A stretch of 20,000 nucleotides of DNA from an uncultured virus (IMG/VR IMGVR_UViG_3300030099_006902) (lineage: Duplodnaviria; Heunggongvirae; Uroviricota; Caudoviricetes): IMG/VR virus record IMGVR_UViG_3300030099_006902. One strand, 5' to 3'. The notes beneath the pieces were generated by a model, which was given only the letters and a program-made list of their open reading frames with translations, was not told the DNA's origin and did not search any database. The translations under genes and the position numbers were made by a program. How positions within the stretch are numbered: the stretch's first letter is position 1; every line of letters begins with the position of its first letter. Shown here piece after piece: positions 1 through 10,400 of this stretch.

Positions 1-948
1 GCTGTTGGCGACTCACTGCAAGCTGCCGGTGCCTCCATTAGTAAGCAAATACAAAAAATGGAGCGATATATATTCCCACCACAACTTGACTTTGTTAGTA
101 ACCCAGAAGGCGCTGTAGATCCTTTTGTTATGTATATATTTGAATTTAAATATGAGCTTGATAAAGATGATTTGTCATATATCTGGCAGAACTTAGCACC
201 AAGAGAATATCAAAAAATAGAATTTCAATATGAATCAATTGCACATGAATTAATTGACGCCGAACTTCTTAATGAAGAAACATTAGAAGAAAACCAACAA
301 TTGCGTTGGATGGTCTTTAAGGTTAAGCAAAAAGGGCAAGATAGTTATTGGGATAAAACAGACACACAAATTGCAAAAAGACGTGATGATTCAGGCTCTA
401 AACAAATAGCGTCCCTCAACATCAGTCAAAAATCAATTAATGATAATCTTAAGATGTTGAACACCTATAGATACTCTCACAACTGGCCATATGACTATGT
501 CTCGTTTGTTGAGATGATCAAAGTTAATTCTGAAATACTATTCAGCGATATGCCACAGCTTACACAACTTAGAGGCGAAATGCAAATGGCTGATTTGAGT
601 AAATCAAAAGTAGGAACACTCAAGTTACAAAAAATGGTTAACCCAGTTGTCGCGCCGTTTGCATCAAGTGTATTAAAATTTAATCCTATTGGTTCTCTTA
701 AGGGTGCAAAATTAAGCAGAGCCAAGAAAGAGTTTGCTAGTAAGAAAGCACGTAAAATGAGCAAGAGAACAAAGAAAGCTGGAACAGCAGAAATGATCCC
801 AACATCGAGAAAAGGTGGCAAAAAAGGAAAATCAAGAGGCAGTTCTGGTGGTGGAACCGGAACTGATATAATGTTTGGTAACAACCGCGGTGGCAACCAA
901 GGTGGTGGTGGCAGTGGTGGTAATTCTGGTGGAGGTTCTAGTTACTAG
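1..948 (+). CDS. 5'-truncated C-terminal part of a probable large virion structural protein, ending in a Lys/Arg-rich then Gly/Ser-rich low-complexity tail
   Basis: The frame is open from base 1 (AVGDSLQAAGASISKQIQK-M), so the ATG at 58 is probably internal. Globular aromatic-rich blocks (YIFPPQLDF, IWQNLAP, RWMVFKVKQ, HNWPYDY) are followed by a K/R-rich and GGGS-type tail; TAG at 946-948. Structural role is inferred from context. Confidence 0.7.
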   Translation, partial: AVGDSLQAAGASISKQIQKMERYIFPPQLDFVSNPEGAVDPFVMYIFEFKYELDKDDLSYIWQNLAPREYQKIEFQYESIAHELIDAELLNEETLEENQQLRWMVFKVKQKGQDSYWDKTDTQIAKRRDDSGSKQIASLNISQKSINDNLKMLNTYRYSHNWPYDYVSFVEMIKVNSEILFSDMPQLTQLRGEMQMADLSKSKVGTLKLQKMVNPVVAPFASSVLKFNPIGSLKGAKLSRAKKEFASKKARKMSKRTKKAGTAEMIPTSRKGGKKGKSRGSSGGGTGTDIMFGNNRGGNQGGGGSGGNSGGGSSY

Positions 949-959
949 AGGTTTGAAAA

Positions 960-2024
960 ATGGCAAAGTTTTTAAATAAAAAAGAACAGGTATACGATTT
1001 CAAATTAACTTCGTATGGTCACTATTTGTTGTCTAATGGGACATTCGATCCTAAATATTATGGTTTTTTTGATGATAATATAATTTATGATGGCAAGTAT
1101 GCTAGCATAACAGAAAATCAAAACGATGCACATGAAAGAATCAAAGACAATACTGCGTATATTGAAAGCCTTGTTTTGTTTGAAGAAGTAGAAAAGTCGC
1201 CAAACACTCTTGTAGAGAAATCGGATCCCTTCGGAGGCGACTCAACAACATTAAGAGATCCTGGACAAAGATACTTTGAAGTAGATTATATACCTACAAA
1301 CTTAAAGCCAAGAAAAGATATATTTAGATTTGAGCATATGATTGGCGATGCGCTCCTTGAAGGTGAAAAGCAGGTTGCCCCAGCTTGGAAGCTTGTAACT
1401 TTAAAGGGGCAGATATCTTCTTCAACTAAGCGTGACACTAAGAATGATGTTTTAATTCCACAGATAAATATAGATGTAAACTATGAACTAAAAATACATG
1501 ACAGAGCTTCAAAAAATATGGTAGAAAACACATCAATTAACCAAGCAGAAATGCAGACAAGATCATTTTCTGATAATAAATTTATAAAATTAGAACAAGA
1601 TGATACAATTTTATATTTAGAAGAGCTAAATACAATTTTATTAAACGAAAATTATGATGTAGAGGTGTTTGAAATTAATATTGATGCATTCGACCCCACG
1701 TATACTGGTGGAAACAAAACAGATGAACTTATAAGAAAAACTTTTGTGAAAGACTTTTTATCAATAAAAGATGGCTTAATAACGGAAGAATATTTTACGG
1801 GATATGACAATATTCCTATGGAAACAAACAATACTCAAGTTGAATATTTCTTTAACTTAAGAACAGACGAACAAGTTAGTCACAAAGATGCTTGCAAAGG
1901 TTTAGAATTATTTTCAAAAGAATCATATTATATTGATTTGGACTTTGATTGTGAACAAACAGAAGCTGAAAGTGTATACTATGATATATATGGACCAGTA
2001 ACGGAGCCAGAAATATGCCCATGA
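960..2024 (+). CDS. Hypothetical phage structural protein; N-terminus is a distant relative of the 10779/11883 paralog N-termini
   Basis: 354-aa ORF with GAGG SD at 948-951. N-terminal F..K.QVYDFKLTSYGHYLLSNGTFDPKYYGFFDDNIIY aligns by eye with F.D....ILDAVLTDLGRRKMANGNFRITKFALGDDEINY. Confidence 0.7.
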   Translation: MAKFLNKKEQVYDFKLTSYGHYLLSNGTFDPKYYGFFDDNIIYDGKYASITENQNDAHERIKDNTAYIESLVLFEEVEKSPNTLVEKSDPFGGDSTTLRDPGQRYFEVDYIPTNLKPRKDIFRFEHMIGDALLEGEKQVAPAWKLVTLKGQISSSTKRDTKNDVLIPQINIDVNYELKIHDRASKNMVENTSINQAEMQTRSFSDNKFIKLEQDDTILYLEELNTILLNENYDVEVFEINIDAFDPTYTGGNKTDELIRKTFVKDFLSIKDGLITEEYFTGYDNIPMETNNTQVEYFFNLRTDEQVSHKDACKGLELFSKESYYIDLDFDCEQTEAESVYYDIYGPVTEPEICP

Positions 2025-5000
2025 ACATAGATGGAGATTTTGTAACACGATTTGGTGCTAGGTTACCAGTGCCATATATGGAAAAAATTGTAATAAAAAA
2101 TCAATCCTTTGAAATACAATTATCTTTTTATATAAAACCACCAAAAAATGATGAGTTAGAATCTAATTTTTATACTGATTATATTAACTCTCTTGAAAAC
2201 CTTAAGGTATCAATTGTAACTGTTGCTGATGGGGTGAAAACTGAACGTTACGATAGCGTTACATCGCTAACTGTAGACGACAACTACGAAGAATATACAA
2301 AAAAATACGGTCCCATATCACATACAACCACAGGAACAGCTTTATTTGACAAATTATTAGATAACACAATAAATGTTTTACAAATAGCTACTCCCACCAA
2401 TATAGTTTACAATATTGATACAACTGTTGGAGATGATGAAAGGTTTTTTGCTGATCAAGTAAGAACATATGATGATCTTTCTTGGGCTCCTCCAAATTGT
2501 TCTACTGTTTTATATCACGATCCATTATCTTTAAGTGAATACACCAAAGAAGATTTGTATAATTCTCAAGGAGAATTGATACACAAATATACAACAAACA
2601 TAGAAATAACACATAACCCCGAACTTAGGGTAGGCGGAGATACTATATCTGCGTTTGTAAATAAGATGTTATCTGGGTTAAAAACCAATTTTGTAGCTTT
2701 CACTACCAGTCTACAAGAATATCCTAACGAATTTACTGAAGAACAGAGGACTCGCATAATCAATAATAGCGCTCGTGCAAACATAATGTTTTCACAAGTT
2801 TCGGACTTGTCTTATGAGCAAATATCAGCAGATAGAGCTATTAAAGGAAGCGAGACTACTGTTTTTAAAACAGCTAACGGCGAACATTTTGACGGCTTTG
2901 TGTTGCAAGCGATTGATAGCATGTATTATGGAAATTCACAACTAACAAACGATAATATTGTAAGTTCGTTCAGTGATCTAATAGGCACTACTAGTGATTC
3001 AGAGTTGCAGGCAAAATTTGACGATTTGGCTTATACCTTAATTGTTCACGGAGGTGGGTCAGATATATTGGTAAAATTAAACGAATTTAGAAAAACATTT
3101 GTTGAAACGTCTACGGCAACCCCTGTGGGAAGATTTCATGAAAAACTAGAAATCAGACTGTATAACACCAATAATGCTGTTAAGAGAGGTATTCCGTTAC
3201 AAAAAATGTTTAATTTAAGTCCAACAGTTGTTGATGGCAGAGAAACATCACTAGAAATTTATGAGCACCCAGAGTTTAATGAATACTACAGCTGGCAAAA
3301 AGCAACAAACTACATATACACAAAAAGGGCTAAACTCGGAGCATACTCACTCCCATGTGGCTATAGTTTTTCTACCGATGCAGCACAAGCGCAAGTTGAC
3401 GGTATGTCAGAACAATTAGCAAGATTGACCGATGGCCTGGAAGCTATCGAAGCTCAGTGTCAAGAAGCATATGACCAAATCTGGGTTAAAATTAACGAGG
3501 CCTTCCAAGAATTAGAAGATAGCACAAAAGGTTCTCAGTTAAACGAAGGTATACCAGAATTTGTTCCATCTCCATGCAGATTACACAGAGGCGATTACTT
3601 ATTTATGAGCATTGATGGTCTTCACGGCCCGAATGACCCAACTACAATATCATCAAACTCTGTCCCTAGTCTCGGCCTTACTGTTGATTTAAATGAAATG
3701 TATCTTAGTGAAGGTGGTGATGTTGATGGTGATGGTTTTTTCAATGGGAGCCCATCAGCAACTTCTCTTACGGTTAAGTTATGGCCGTTTGATCATAGAT
3801 ACTATGCTAGACTGCTTAATGATAAAAATATAAAAATAGGCCCAAAAGGCGCAAGCAGAACATCAGTTACTGCTGAAGCACTTGAAGAAAATACACGCAA
3901 ACAAACATATGCATTTCTTGACTCCAATGCTACCAGAAGAAGAAAGATATATAAAACTCTTGATGTCACAGGTATGTCATGGACCTCCAGCGCTGAACAG
4001 GACGCTGCGGATGATTCAGGTTTTGATTGGGGCAGGGTACTCATCGCAGGCGCCGTCTCGCCCGTCGGCGCCGCCATCGCAGCCGTTGATGAGGCGACCG
4101 AGGCCGCAACAAGTGGAAATATAGACGCCAGCGGTGGCAAGGTTGATTATATGAATTATTTCCTGCTAGTTAAAGACGCAGACCTTGAAGAGCCAAACAC
4201 GTTTATTGAACTTGCCACAGCCCTAATGTATGCTGATTGGCAATCTGGTGATAAAACTAATATTATTCGCACGGATGACTCTGAAGGCGAATGGGCAGGC
4301 ATCGACTGGACAGGTTCTGATGACGACAAAGAAGTAAAATCAGTAACTTTTGATTCTGGTATGAAAATTAAAGGGGCTATAGAAAAATTTACACAAAATT
4401 ATGAAGCTTATCTTGATGCCCTTATAGAAGCATCTCACATTAACGAAAGCATAAAATTATATGAACAGGTGGTTGCGCTTGGTGGTGAAGCTGGCGTGGA
4501 CTTAATTTATACAAAATATAATAACTACCTAAGAGGGTTTGTCTTTTTTGATTATGAAAAAGCGCTAAATAAAATGTCTGACATTTCAAAAGCGCTAAAT
4601 GTAGAAAAAATTGAAACATTGTTTGGAAGACAGCTCACACACACATACTTTAAAGTAATGAGTGCTGAAATGGAAAAGTTTTATGATTTAAGGTACGCAG
4701 ATCTAGACCCAACACAGCCTGTAGATTATGCACAACAAGTTATCCCCGCGAGTGAGTTAATCATGGAGGGAGTTACTACAGACTTTAATTATAGTCATTT
4801 GTCTGGTTTAAATTCTATTGGGGCTAACGTTCCGAACCACAATGATCGAGTAACATATGATAGCGTTTATCCGTCCGAGCCGGAGCCATTAGGTCGTATT
4901 ATATCGTATCCTTATAACCAAGACCCGACAGAAGGTGACGGGATCCCAGATTATGGTGGAGATAATCATAATTCAAGCTATCACCTCACAGCAATTGCAC

Positions 5001-5965
5001 TACCAGACGTTCAGCATATGAGTTTTCCTACTAAACAACGCTATGCTGGTGATGCACAGGGTGCTGAACTTGGCACATATGTTTCACAGCCATCGTGGGG
5101 TAATCCTGGATTTTTGGGCCAAGACGAAAGAAAATTTACATATCTAATACCTAGAAGTTTTCAATTTGCATCCCCAACTGCAGATCATAACTATAGATTG
5201 TTGTGCTATGAGTTTCAAGATGTAGCTGGATCATTTGAGGTAGGTGCAGGCGCAGATGGCCACGGTCAGCCAAAAAGTGATGTTGGCGGTGGCGGTGGTA
5301 GCGATTATGGGGCAGACTATTTATTTGATCAAAATCAATTTGGAAATTCATATATAATGGCAGTTAATGTGGAAGATAGAACAGCAGATATGTATGCCAA
5401 TATAGTAAAAACGTTTACGCAAGCAATAAACGAATATGATGTTTATTATGATGCATTAATCGAAGAATGTAGTCATAATTTTTCAGATGGCAGAATGAAT
5501 AAGTTTTTTATTGACGGAGTTTTAGATAGTTATTCTGGTGCACCTCATTTAGCGCCTTGGTATAGAGTTCCATTGGTTTACTTTACCCACCAAGATTTAG
5601 TTTTAAATCGATTTGGTAGTTCTATGGAGTTGATAAAAGCAGCCGCAATAGATTTATCACAAAGACTACACCCAGCAAATATAACATTAAATGAAGCAGA
5701 AAGTTTTAGAGATTTATTAAGAGATTTTTTCGAAAGATTTTACAGAGGTGGAACAGGTTCCGGCACCGGTGCGGTCACAGATAGGATGCCTGTAGATCTT
5801 TATAAAAAAATACATAAATTTGGCGGTAGTGACCATTCAACTAATGGATATGTCGCAATTATACCATCAGATTTATTACCAAAGTCAATTAACTTAGATT
5901 ATCTAGGATACAGTTATTTGACAGGTGATGTTGTTGCTGTTGATACTGATGACATGGATGTATAA
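2015..5965 (+). CDS. Large acidic hypothetical protein (1316 aa), probable virion/baseplate-associated
   Basis: Long ORF overlapping the upstream stop, with GGAG at 2003-2006; alternative start 2021 by ATGA overlap. Contains two predicted amphipathic helices, a DVDGDG motif and a GC-rich Ala/Gly segment. Confidence 0.75.
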   Translation: MPMNIDGDFVTRFGARLPVPYMEKIVIKNQSFEIQLSFYIKPPKNDELESNFYTDYINSLENLKVSIVTVADGVKTERYDSVTSLTVDDNYEEYTKKYGPISHTTTGTALFDKLLDNTINVLQIATPTNIVYNIDTTVGDDERFFADQVRTYDDLSWAPPNCSTVLYHDPLSLSEYTKEDLYNSQGELIHKYTTNIEITHNPELRVGGDTISAFVNKMLSGLKTNFVAFTTSLQEYPNEFTEEQRTRIINNSARANIMFSQVSDLSYEQISADRAIKGSETTVFKTANGEHFDGFVLQAIDSMYYGNSQLTNDNIVSSFSDLIGTTSDSELQAKFDDLAYTLIVHGGGSDILVKLNEFRKTFVETSTATPVGRFHEKLEIRLYNTNNAVKRGIPLQKMFNLSPTVVDGRETSLEIYEHPEFNEYYSWQKATNYIYTKRAKLGAYSLPCGYSFSTDAAQAQVDGMSEQLARLTDGLEAIEAQCQEAYDQIWVKINEAFQELEDSTKGSQLNEGIPEFVPSPCRLHRGDYLFMSIDGLHGPNDPTTISSNSVPSLGLTVDLNEMYLSEGGDVDGDGFFNGSPSATSLTVKLWPFDHRYYARLLNDKNIKIGPKGASRTSVTAEALEENTRKQTYAFLDSNATRRRKIYKTLDVTGMSWTSSAEQDAADDSGFDWGRVLIAGAVSPVGAAIAAVDEATEAATSGNIDASGGKVDYMNYFLLVKDADLEEPNTFIELATALMYADWQSGDKTNIIRTDDSEGEWAGIDWTGSDDDKEVKSVTFDSGMKIKGAIEKFTQNYEAYLDALIEASHINESIKLYEQVVALGGEAGVDLIYTKYNNYLRGFVFFDYEKALNKMSDISKALNVEKIETLFGRQLTHTYFKVMSAEMEKFYDLRYADLDPTQPVDYAQQVIPASELIMEGVTTDFNYSHLSGLNSIGANVPNHNDRVTYDSVYPSEPEPLGRIISYPYNQDPTEGDGIPDYGGDNHNSSYHLTAIALPDVQHMSFPTKQRYAGDAQGAELGTYVSQPSWGNPGFLGQDERKFTYLIPRSFQFASPTADHNYRLLCYEFQDVAGSFEVGAGADGHGQPKSDVGGGGGSDYGADYLFDQNQFGNSYIMAVNVEDRTADMYANIVKTFTQAINEYDVYYDALIEECSHNFSDGRMNKFFIDGVLDSYSGAPHLAPWYRVPLVYFTHQDLVLNRFGSSMELIKAAAIDLSQRLHPANITLNEAESFRDLLRDFFERFYRGGTGSGTGAVTDRMPVDLYKKIHKFGGSDHSTNGYVAIIPSDLLPKSINLDYLGYSYLTGDVVAVDTDDMDV

Positions 5966-5980
5966 TAATTTTTTTATTTT

Positions 5981-5988
5981 CTATTTAT
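5981..5988 (+). promoter_or_regulatory. Candidate phage late promoter motif CTATTTAT
   Basis: Intergenic, 26 nt before ATG 6007; same motif and spacing at 11858 and 13969. Confidence 0.5.
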
Positions 5989-6006
5989 TAAAAAGAGGAC
6001 AAGATT

Positions 6007-6573
6007 ATGCAAATTAATATGCAAGCTTTGATAAGCGATAAAATAGCAAAAACTAGAGTGCGCTCTTCGACAACAAGAGTATTTAACGGACGTCTGACAT
6101 CGCCATTAAGTCCAATGTCTTTTCACTCCATGAAAATTAATAAATTAGGAATTAATTTAGCCAAGAACGGTAACCTTAAAATAGAAGCACACAGTGATAA
6201 CAACAAAGTCGCACAAGACATACTAACAACCTTGGGATGCTCACAGGTTTTAGATCCCAAAATAAACATCCCTGACTTTTCATTATTAACTCAACAAACT
6301 GATTCAGAAATAGTTTTAAATCCTAATAAAATAGATATGGGTATTTTTAAAAACATTGGTAAAGGAAAAATTTATATTAAAAATGTTATGAAAGACGAAG
6401 CAAATTACTTTTATCGTTTAGACCAAGATATTCCAAAAAACTATGCCCGTGAGCAAGAAAAAATAAAAGAAGAAAATCCATATGAATACGATATAGTTGT
6501 CTCAAAATTGTATGACATAAACTTTTTAAATCCATACACTCCAGCATTAAGATCACTAAGGAACAATAGATAA
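6007..6573 (+). CDS. Hypothetical protein (188 aa, basic N-terminus)
   Basis: GAGGA SD at 5995-5999, CTATTTAT motif at 5981, TAATG coupling to the next gene. Confidence 0.7.
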   Translation: MQINMQALISDKIAKTRVRSSTTRVFNGRLTSPLSPMSFHSMKINKLGINLAKNGNLKIEAHSDNNKVAQDILTTLGCSQVLDPKINIPDFSLLTQQTDSEIVLNPNKIDMGIFKNIGKGKIYIKNVMKDEANYFYRLDQDIPKNYAREQEKIKEENPYEYDIVVSKLYDINFLNPYTPALRSLRNNR

Positions 6574-7457
6574 TGTTTAATGAATTTGAAGATGATGGCG
6601 ACGACGACGAGTTTATCTTTCTTAATATAAAGCCTTTTGAGTATGACCCAACTGAAGATCAGACTACAAGCCCAAATATGTATCCATCTGAAGCTGTGCT
6701 GTCAGATCCTGAAGTTAGGGATAGTGTCATGAATCATGTAGATGAAATGATAGAATATTCTAGACAATTTAAAAGTGATAAAATATTTTATGATATTTCA
6801 TTTGACATCGAAGGTAATCATGATACTGAAGGTTATTTGTTAGATCAGTTTAAAATATCAACTAAATCAATAAGTGAAGTGGTTAATGGTAGAGCAGCCT
6901 TTGATCCGGACACCTATATTAACGGAAATATAGCAATCTATATGGATACTATAGAAGATTCTGTAACTGCTGGTGGAGAAATAGGCACTGGAGAGTTTAA
7001 AATATTTTCTCCATGTGGTAAACACGGAAACCCCCAACCGGCAATTAGTTTGGTATATGATACTGGGCGTTCAAGAATGGACGATGGGGTCACACCAAAC
7101 CCTTTTTATGGTGGAGCTATAGATTTTTCTGATTCAGAAACTTGGGGTTTTGAAGTTCGAACAGGTGTTGGTTATAGTTCAAATGAAAAACTTGGCTTTA
7201 GAACAAAATATGGAGCAATTTCCGGAGTTGATCAGGCTAGCCCAGATTTGGCAACACAAAATTATTTAAATAACATTTTTGATACCGCTGCACTTGATGT
7301 TTACAATACTGTTATAACAAGAGAGTTTGTTCCCAAAATAATAAAACAAGAAAGAAACGTCATATCTAAATTACTAAAAACATCTATTGGGGCAGAAGCA
7401 GATCCAATGTCTGCCACAAGTTTTAATACTACTACTACATACGACGAAGAGAGCTAA
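6573..7457 (+). CDS. Hypothetical acidic protein (294 aa)
   Basis: ORF coupled to the upstream gene through TAATG; very acidic N-terminus; no recognisable family. Confidence 0.7.
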   Translation: MFNEFEDDGDDDEFIFLNIKPFEYDPTEDQTTSPNMYPSEAVLSDPEVRDSVMNHVDEMIEYSRQFKSDKIFYDISFDIEGNHDTEGYLLDQFKISTKSISEVVNGRAAFDPDTYINGNIAIYMDTIEDSVTAGGEIGTGEFKIFSPCGKHGNPQPAISLVYDTGRSRMDDGVTPNPFYGGAIDFSDSETWGFEVRTGVGYSSNEKLGFRTKYGAISGVDQASPDLATQNYLNNIFDTAALDVYNTVITREFVPKIIKQERNVISKLLKTSIGAEADPMSATSFNTTTTYDEES

Positions 7458-7464
7458 TTAAATT

Positions 7465-10400
7465 ATGTCCATCGACAGAATAAGCATTACCAATATTGAC
7501 AACAACATGCTATCAGGCTCAAGAGATGCACTGAGAACAGAGTTTGGTTTATATCACTACGTGGTAACTGACGATGAAGGCCACACCAAAATTGTTAAAA
7601 ACGCTGTTGAGGCCGATGATTGGTTAGTTGGTTCAGGACCCGGCGATGAACCACCCATATATATAGTGCCTCCTTCCACATACATAGCGGGAATGCAAAC
7701 ACGCGATTTTGGCCCACGTATGTCATCTTCTGCAGATGTAGCAGTAGAAACTAGAAAATTCAATTGCAGATTAATTGGCGATGAAGAAAATGTTGATTCT
7801 GATCTACATTGGAAAACATTATTACTGGGCGGAACTTTAAATAATGAAAATTATAAAAATATTTTTGAAAGTGCAACATTTAACGATCATTCATATGATT
7901 ATGTTAGGCCGTTAAATATCACAAGAGCTAAAGAGTTAGCAAGGGATGTTGATACCATCACCTCATATCAAAACTTCTTGCACTACGAAATAGCATATAA
8001 CTATAATTATCATTTGCCAGAATATGAAAATGCAATCAAAGAGACCAATAATCTAATTTTACCTAACGTTTATATGTTGCAAATGACTGCAAACTCAACA
8101 GATTTGATAAAAGAATATCCAAAATACATAAGAGACTTTGTAACTCTTGATAAATACGCGCCGACTGGCGATGGTCCAATTCCAGGTTTAAAATCGTTAT
8201 TTAATGACGCAAGCACGGAAGAGCCTCCACCACACTATAAGGCAGAAAGAGATATATATAGCGCACCCGGTGAGCTTAGATATTTTGATCAGACGAAGAG
8301 ATTCAGAGATTATCTTGGAAAAGACTATACAAGCGCCTCGTTTTCAGCCGAAACAGAAAACATTATTAAACAAGCATCCAGCACACTATATTATGATTCT
8401 GACTTTACTGGCACTTGGTTTAAACATGTTAACGATGAAGTGCATCGAATGCCAATGTCGGCATATGTAAAATTTCCAACTGAAGGAGCGTTTTCGTCAA
8501 CTAGCAGTTTATACTATTCTGATATCATTAAAGATAACAATATTCAAGAAGATTTATTGTATTTCTTAAAAAATAATTTTGGAGCAGCTAACGAAAATCT
8601 TAATTTTGTTCAAGAAACTCATATGCTACAAGGCGGCTATAAAAACGAAGATGACGACACCGTGCTTGTTTATGAAACTAAGCTGTCTAACGATAAAAGA
8701 GCTTCCATAGATTTTTTGGCTGCGCTCGGTGGGATATATGATTCGACAGGATTTTCCAAGGAATCAGATGGAATATTTATGGGCCCTCGCTCACTCAACA
8801 CCATAACAACAGAAAACGCTGATTCTAGATTTAGTTTCTACAAGCGAATGAAAACTGCACAAGCAATCGAAGACACGATAAACAAAATGAACAATATTGT
8901 TACTGCTACCGATGGACAATATGATGTTAGAAGGATTTTAGATACTTTAGAAAATAACAAAGGTCCAGCCGAAACAATAGCGTATCGATTAAAAAAGACT
9001 GGTGGTTCCTTTTTGGATAGTGATCGAAGATTAACAACAATACAGAACATGTATTTTATGAATGATAATGATTTGAGAACTGAAGGTGCTGATATGATAT
9101 ATCACGACACTCAAATAAAATTGAATGAAGAATATACATACACCTTATATGCCTACGTTGTTTTACCGGGATATCAATATAAATACGATAACCTTAGAAT
9201 CTCTAGACAAATTGGAGTAGTAACCGTGAGGGACACTACTGGCTCGTTTGCTCCGACAACCGCTGATAGAGATATTTGCATTGAATTTTACGATCCCTCC
9301 ACAGATAATGCAGCTAGTCAATTATTAATGGAGGAAACAAACTTATTAGGTTCAGAAAAAATTATTATTGAATCTGACCAAAATTTAGATGCTTTTAGGT
9401 ATGCATACTTAATTGAAGAATTAACACTAAGGGACATATTCCCAAGTCTTGACGCTTCAATATCATACGATACTTTTAGAGAATCAACTGGGGGTCTTGA
9501 TTTTGAAAGTTTGTTAGCTGATTCTGTTGGCGCAGAGCCAGCCTTAGATAATGTTATAACTGCACTCACTACGTTGGGTGCCACCGGTGATACTCAAATA
9601 AAACAATTTTATGCCGACAACATTCCACATATTTACGATCCCTCTCTTGTTCACTCGGAGGGCACCGATGCTGATGTATATTCTGGAGCTTTTGAGTGGC
9701 ATCAGGTAACTGCTAGAAATAAATGGCGTGACGATATGACAGATATTGGCAAACGCATCGAGTTGGCATTATACCGCGCCTGGGCAAAAAAAACAGGAAC
9801 ATATGTGTATGTGACTTCTGGCACAGAAGTTCAAGTAGCATTAACTGAACCAGTCAATAATAAATTTGCAACAAATGCCCAAATAAAATCTGCATATAAA
9901 TATTTAGCAGATTATAATTTTACCATTGCACCATCCGTTAGGATTGTGGAATTACCAGTGGCAACGAAAACGATTAGAATCATGGACCATCCACCGGTTG
10001 CCCCAGATGTCACACCGTATCAAAGAAAGGATGATTCTCAAATAATTGGATTTTATGTTAGAACAGAATCGTTTAGAGTTCCCACTGATCCAACTAACAC
10101 AACGACAATGAGTAGTTTTGGAATATATCCAACGCCAATCAACAATGATGAAAGAACAAAATCACAAATATACAAAACATCAAATAATATGATTGCGGGC
10201 GAACAAATAGCAAAAAGATCAGTCTCAAGACCGTCAATGTTGGAAGTTTATAGAATAGATAAAAAACCAAAATCAATCAGCGATTTTGACAACAATCTTG
10301 TGTTTACTAAAGATTTATCAATTGAAAACATGCAGCAACAAAAACACACCAGTTGTTTTTATGAAGAGAAAATTAGAACAAATAAAAAATACTACTACCT

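Noticed and set aside
58..60. ATG 58 as the true start of the first gene
   Set aside because: The frame is open back to base 1 and no SD precedes it, so the gene probably begins upstream of the window.
841..942. GGT-rich quasi-tandem repeat
   Set aside because: Explained by Gly codons of the low-complexity protein tail; not an independent repeat element.
5317..5324. CTATTTAT copies inside ORFs (5317, 11743), CTAATTA at 7454 and CTAGTTA at 16382
   Set aside because: Not at the 22-35 nt spacing from a start codon; compatible with chance in AT-rich sequence.
5962..5995. Possible terminators in AT-rich gaps (5962-5995; also TTGT-CGA-ACAA near 11835-11845)
   Set aside because: The stems are very short or A/T-only, so there is no stable hairpin.
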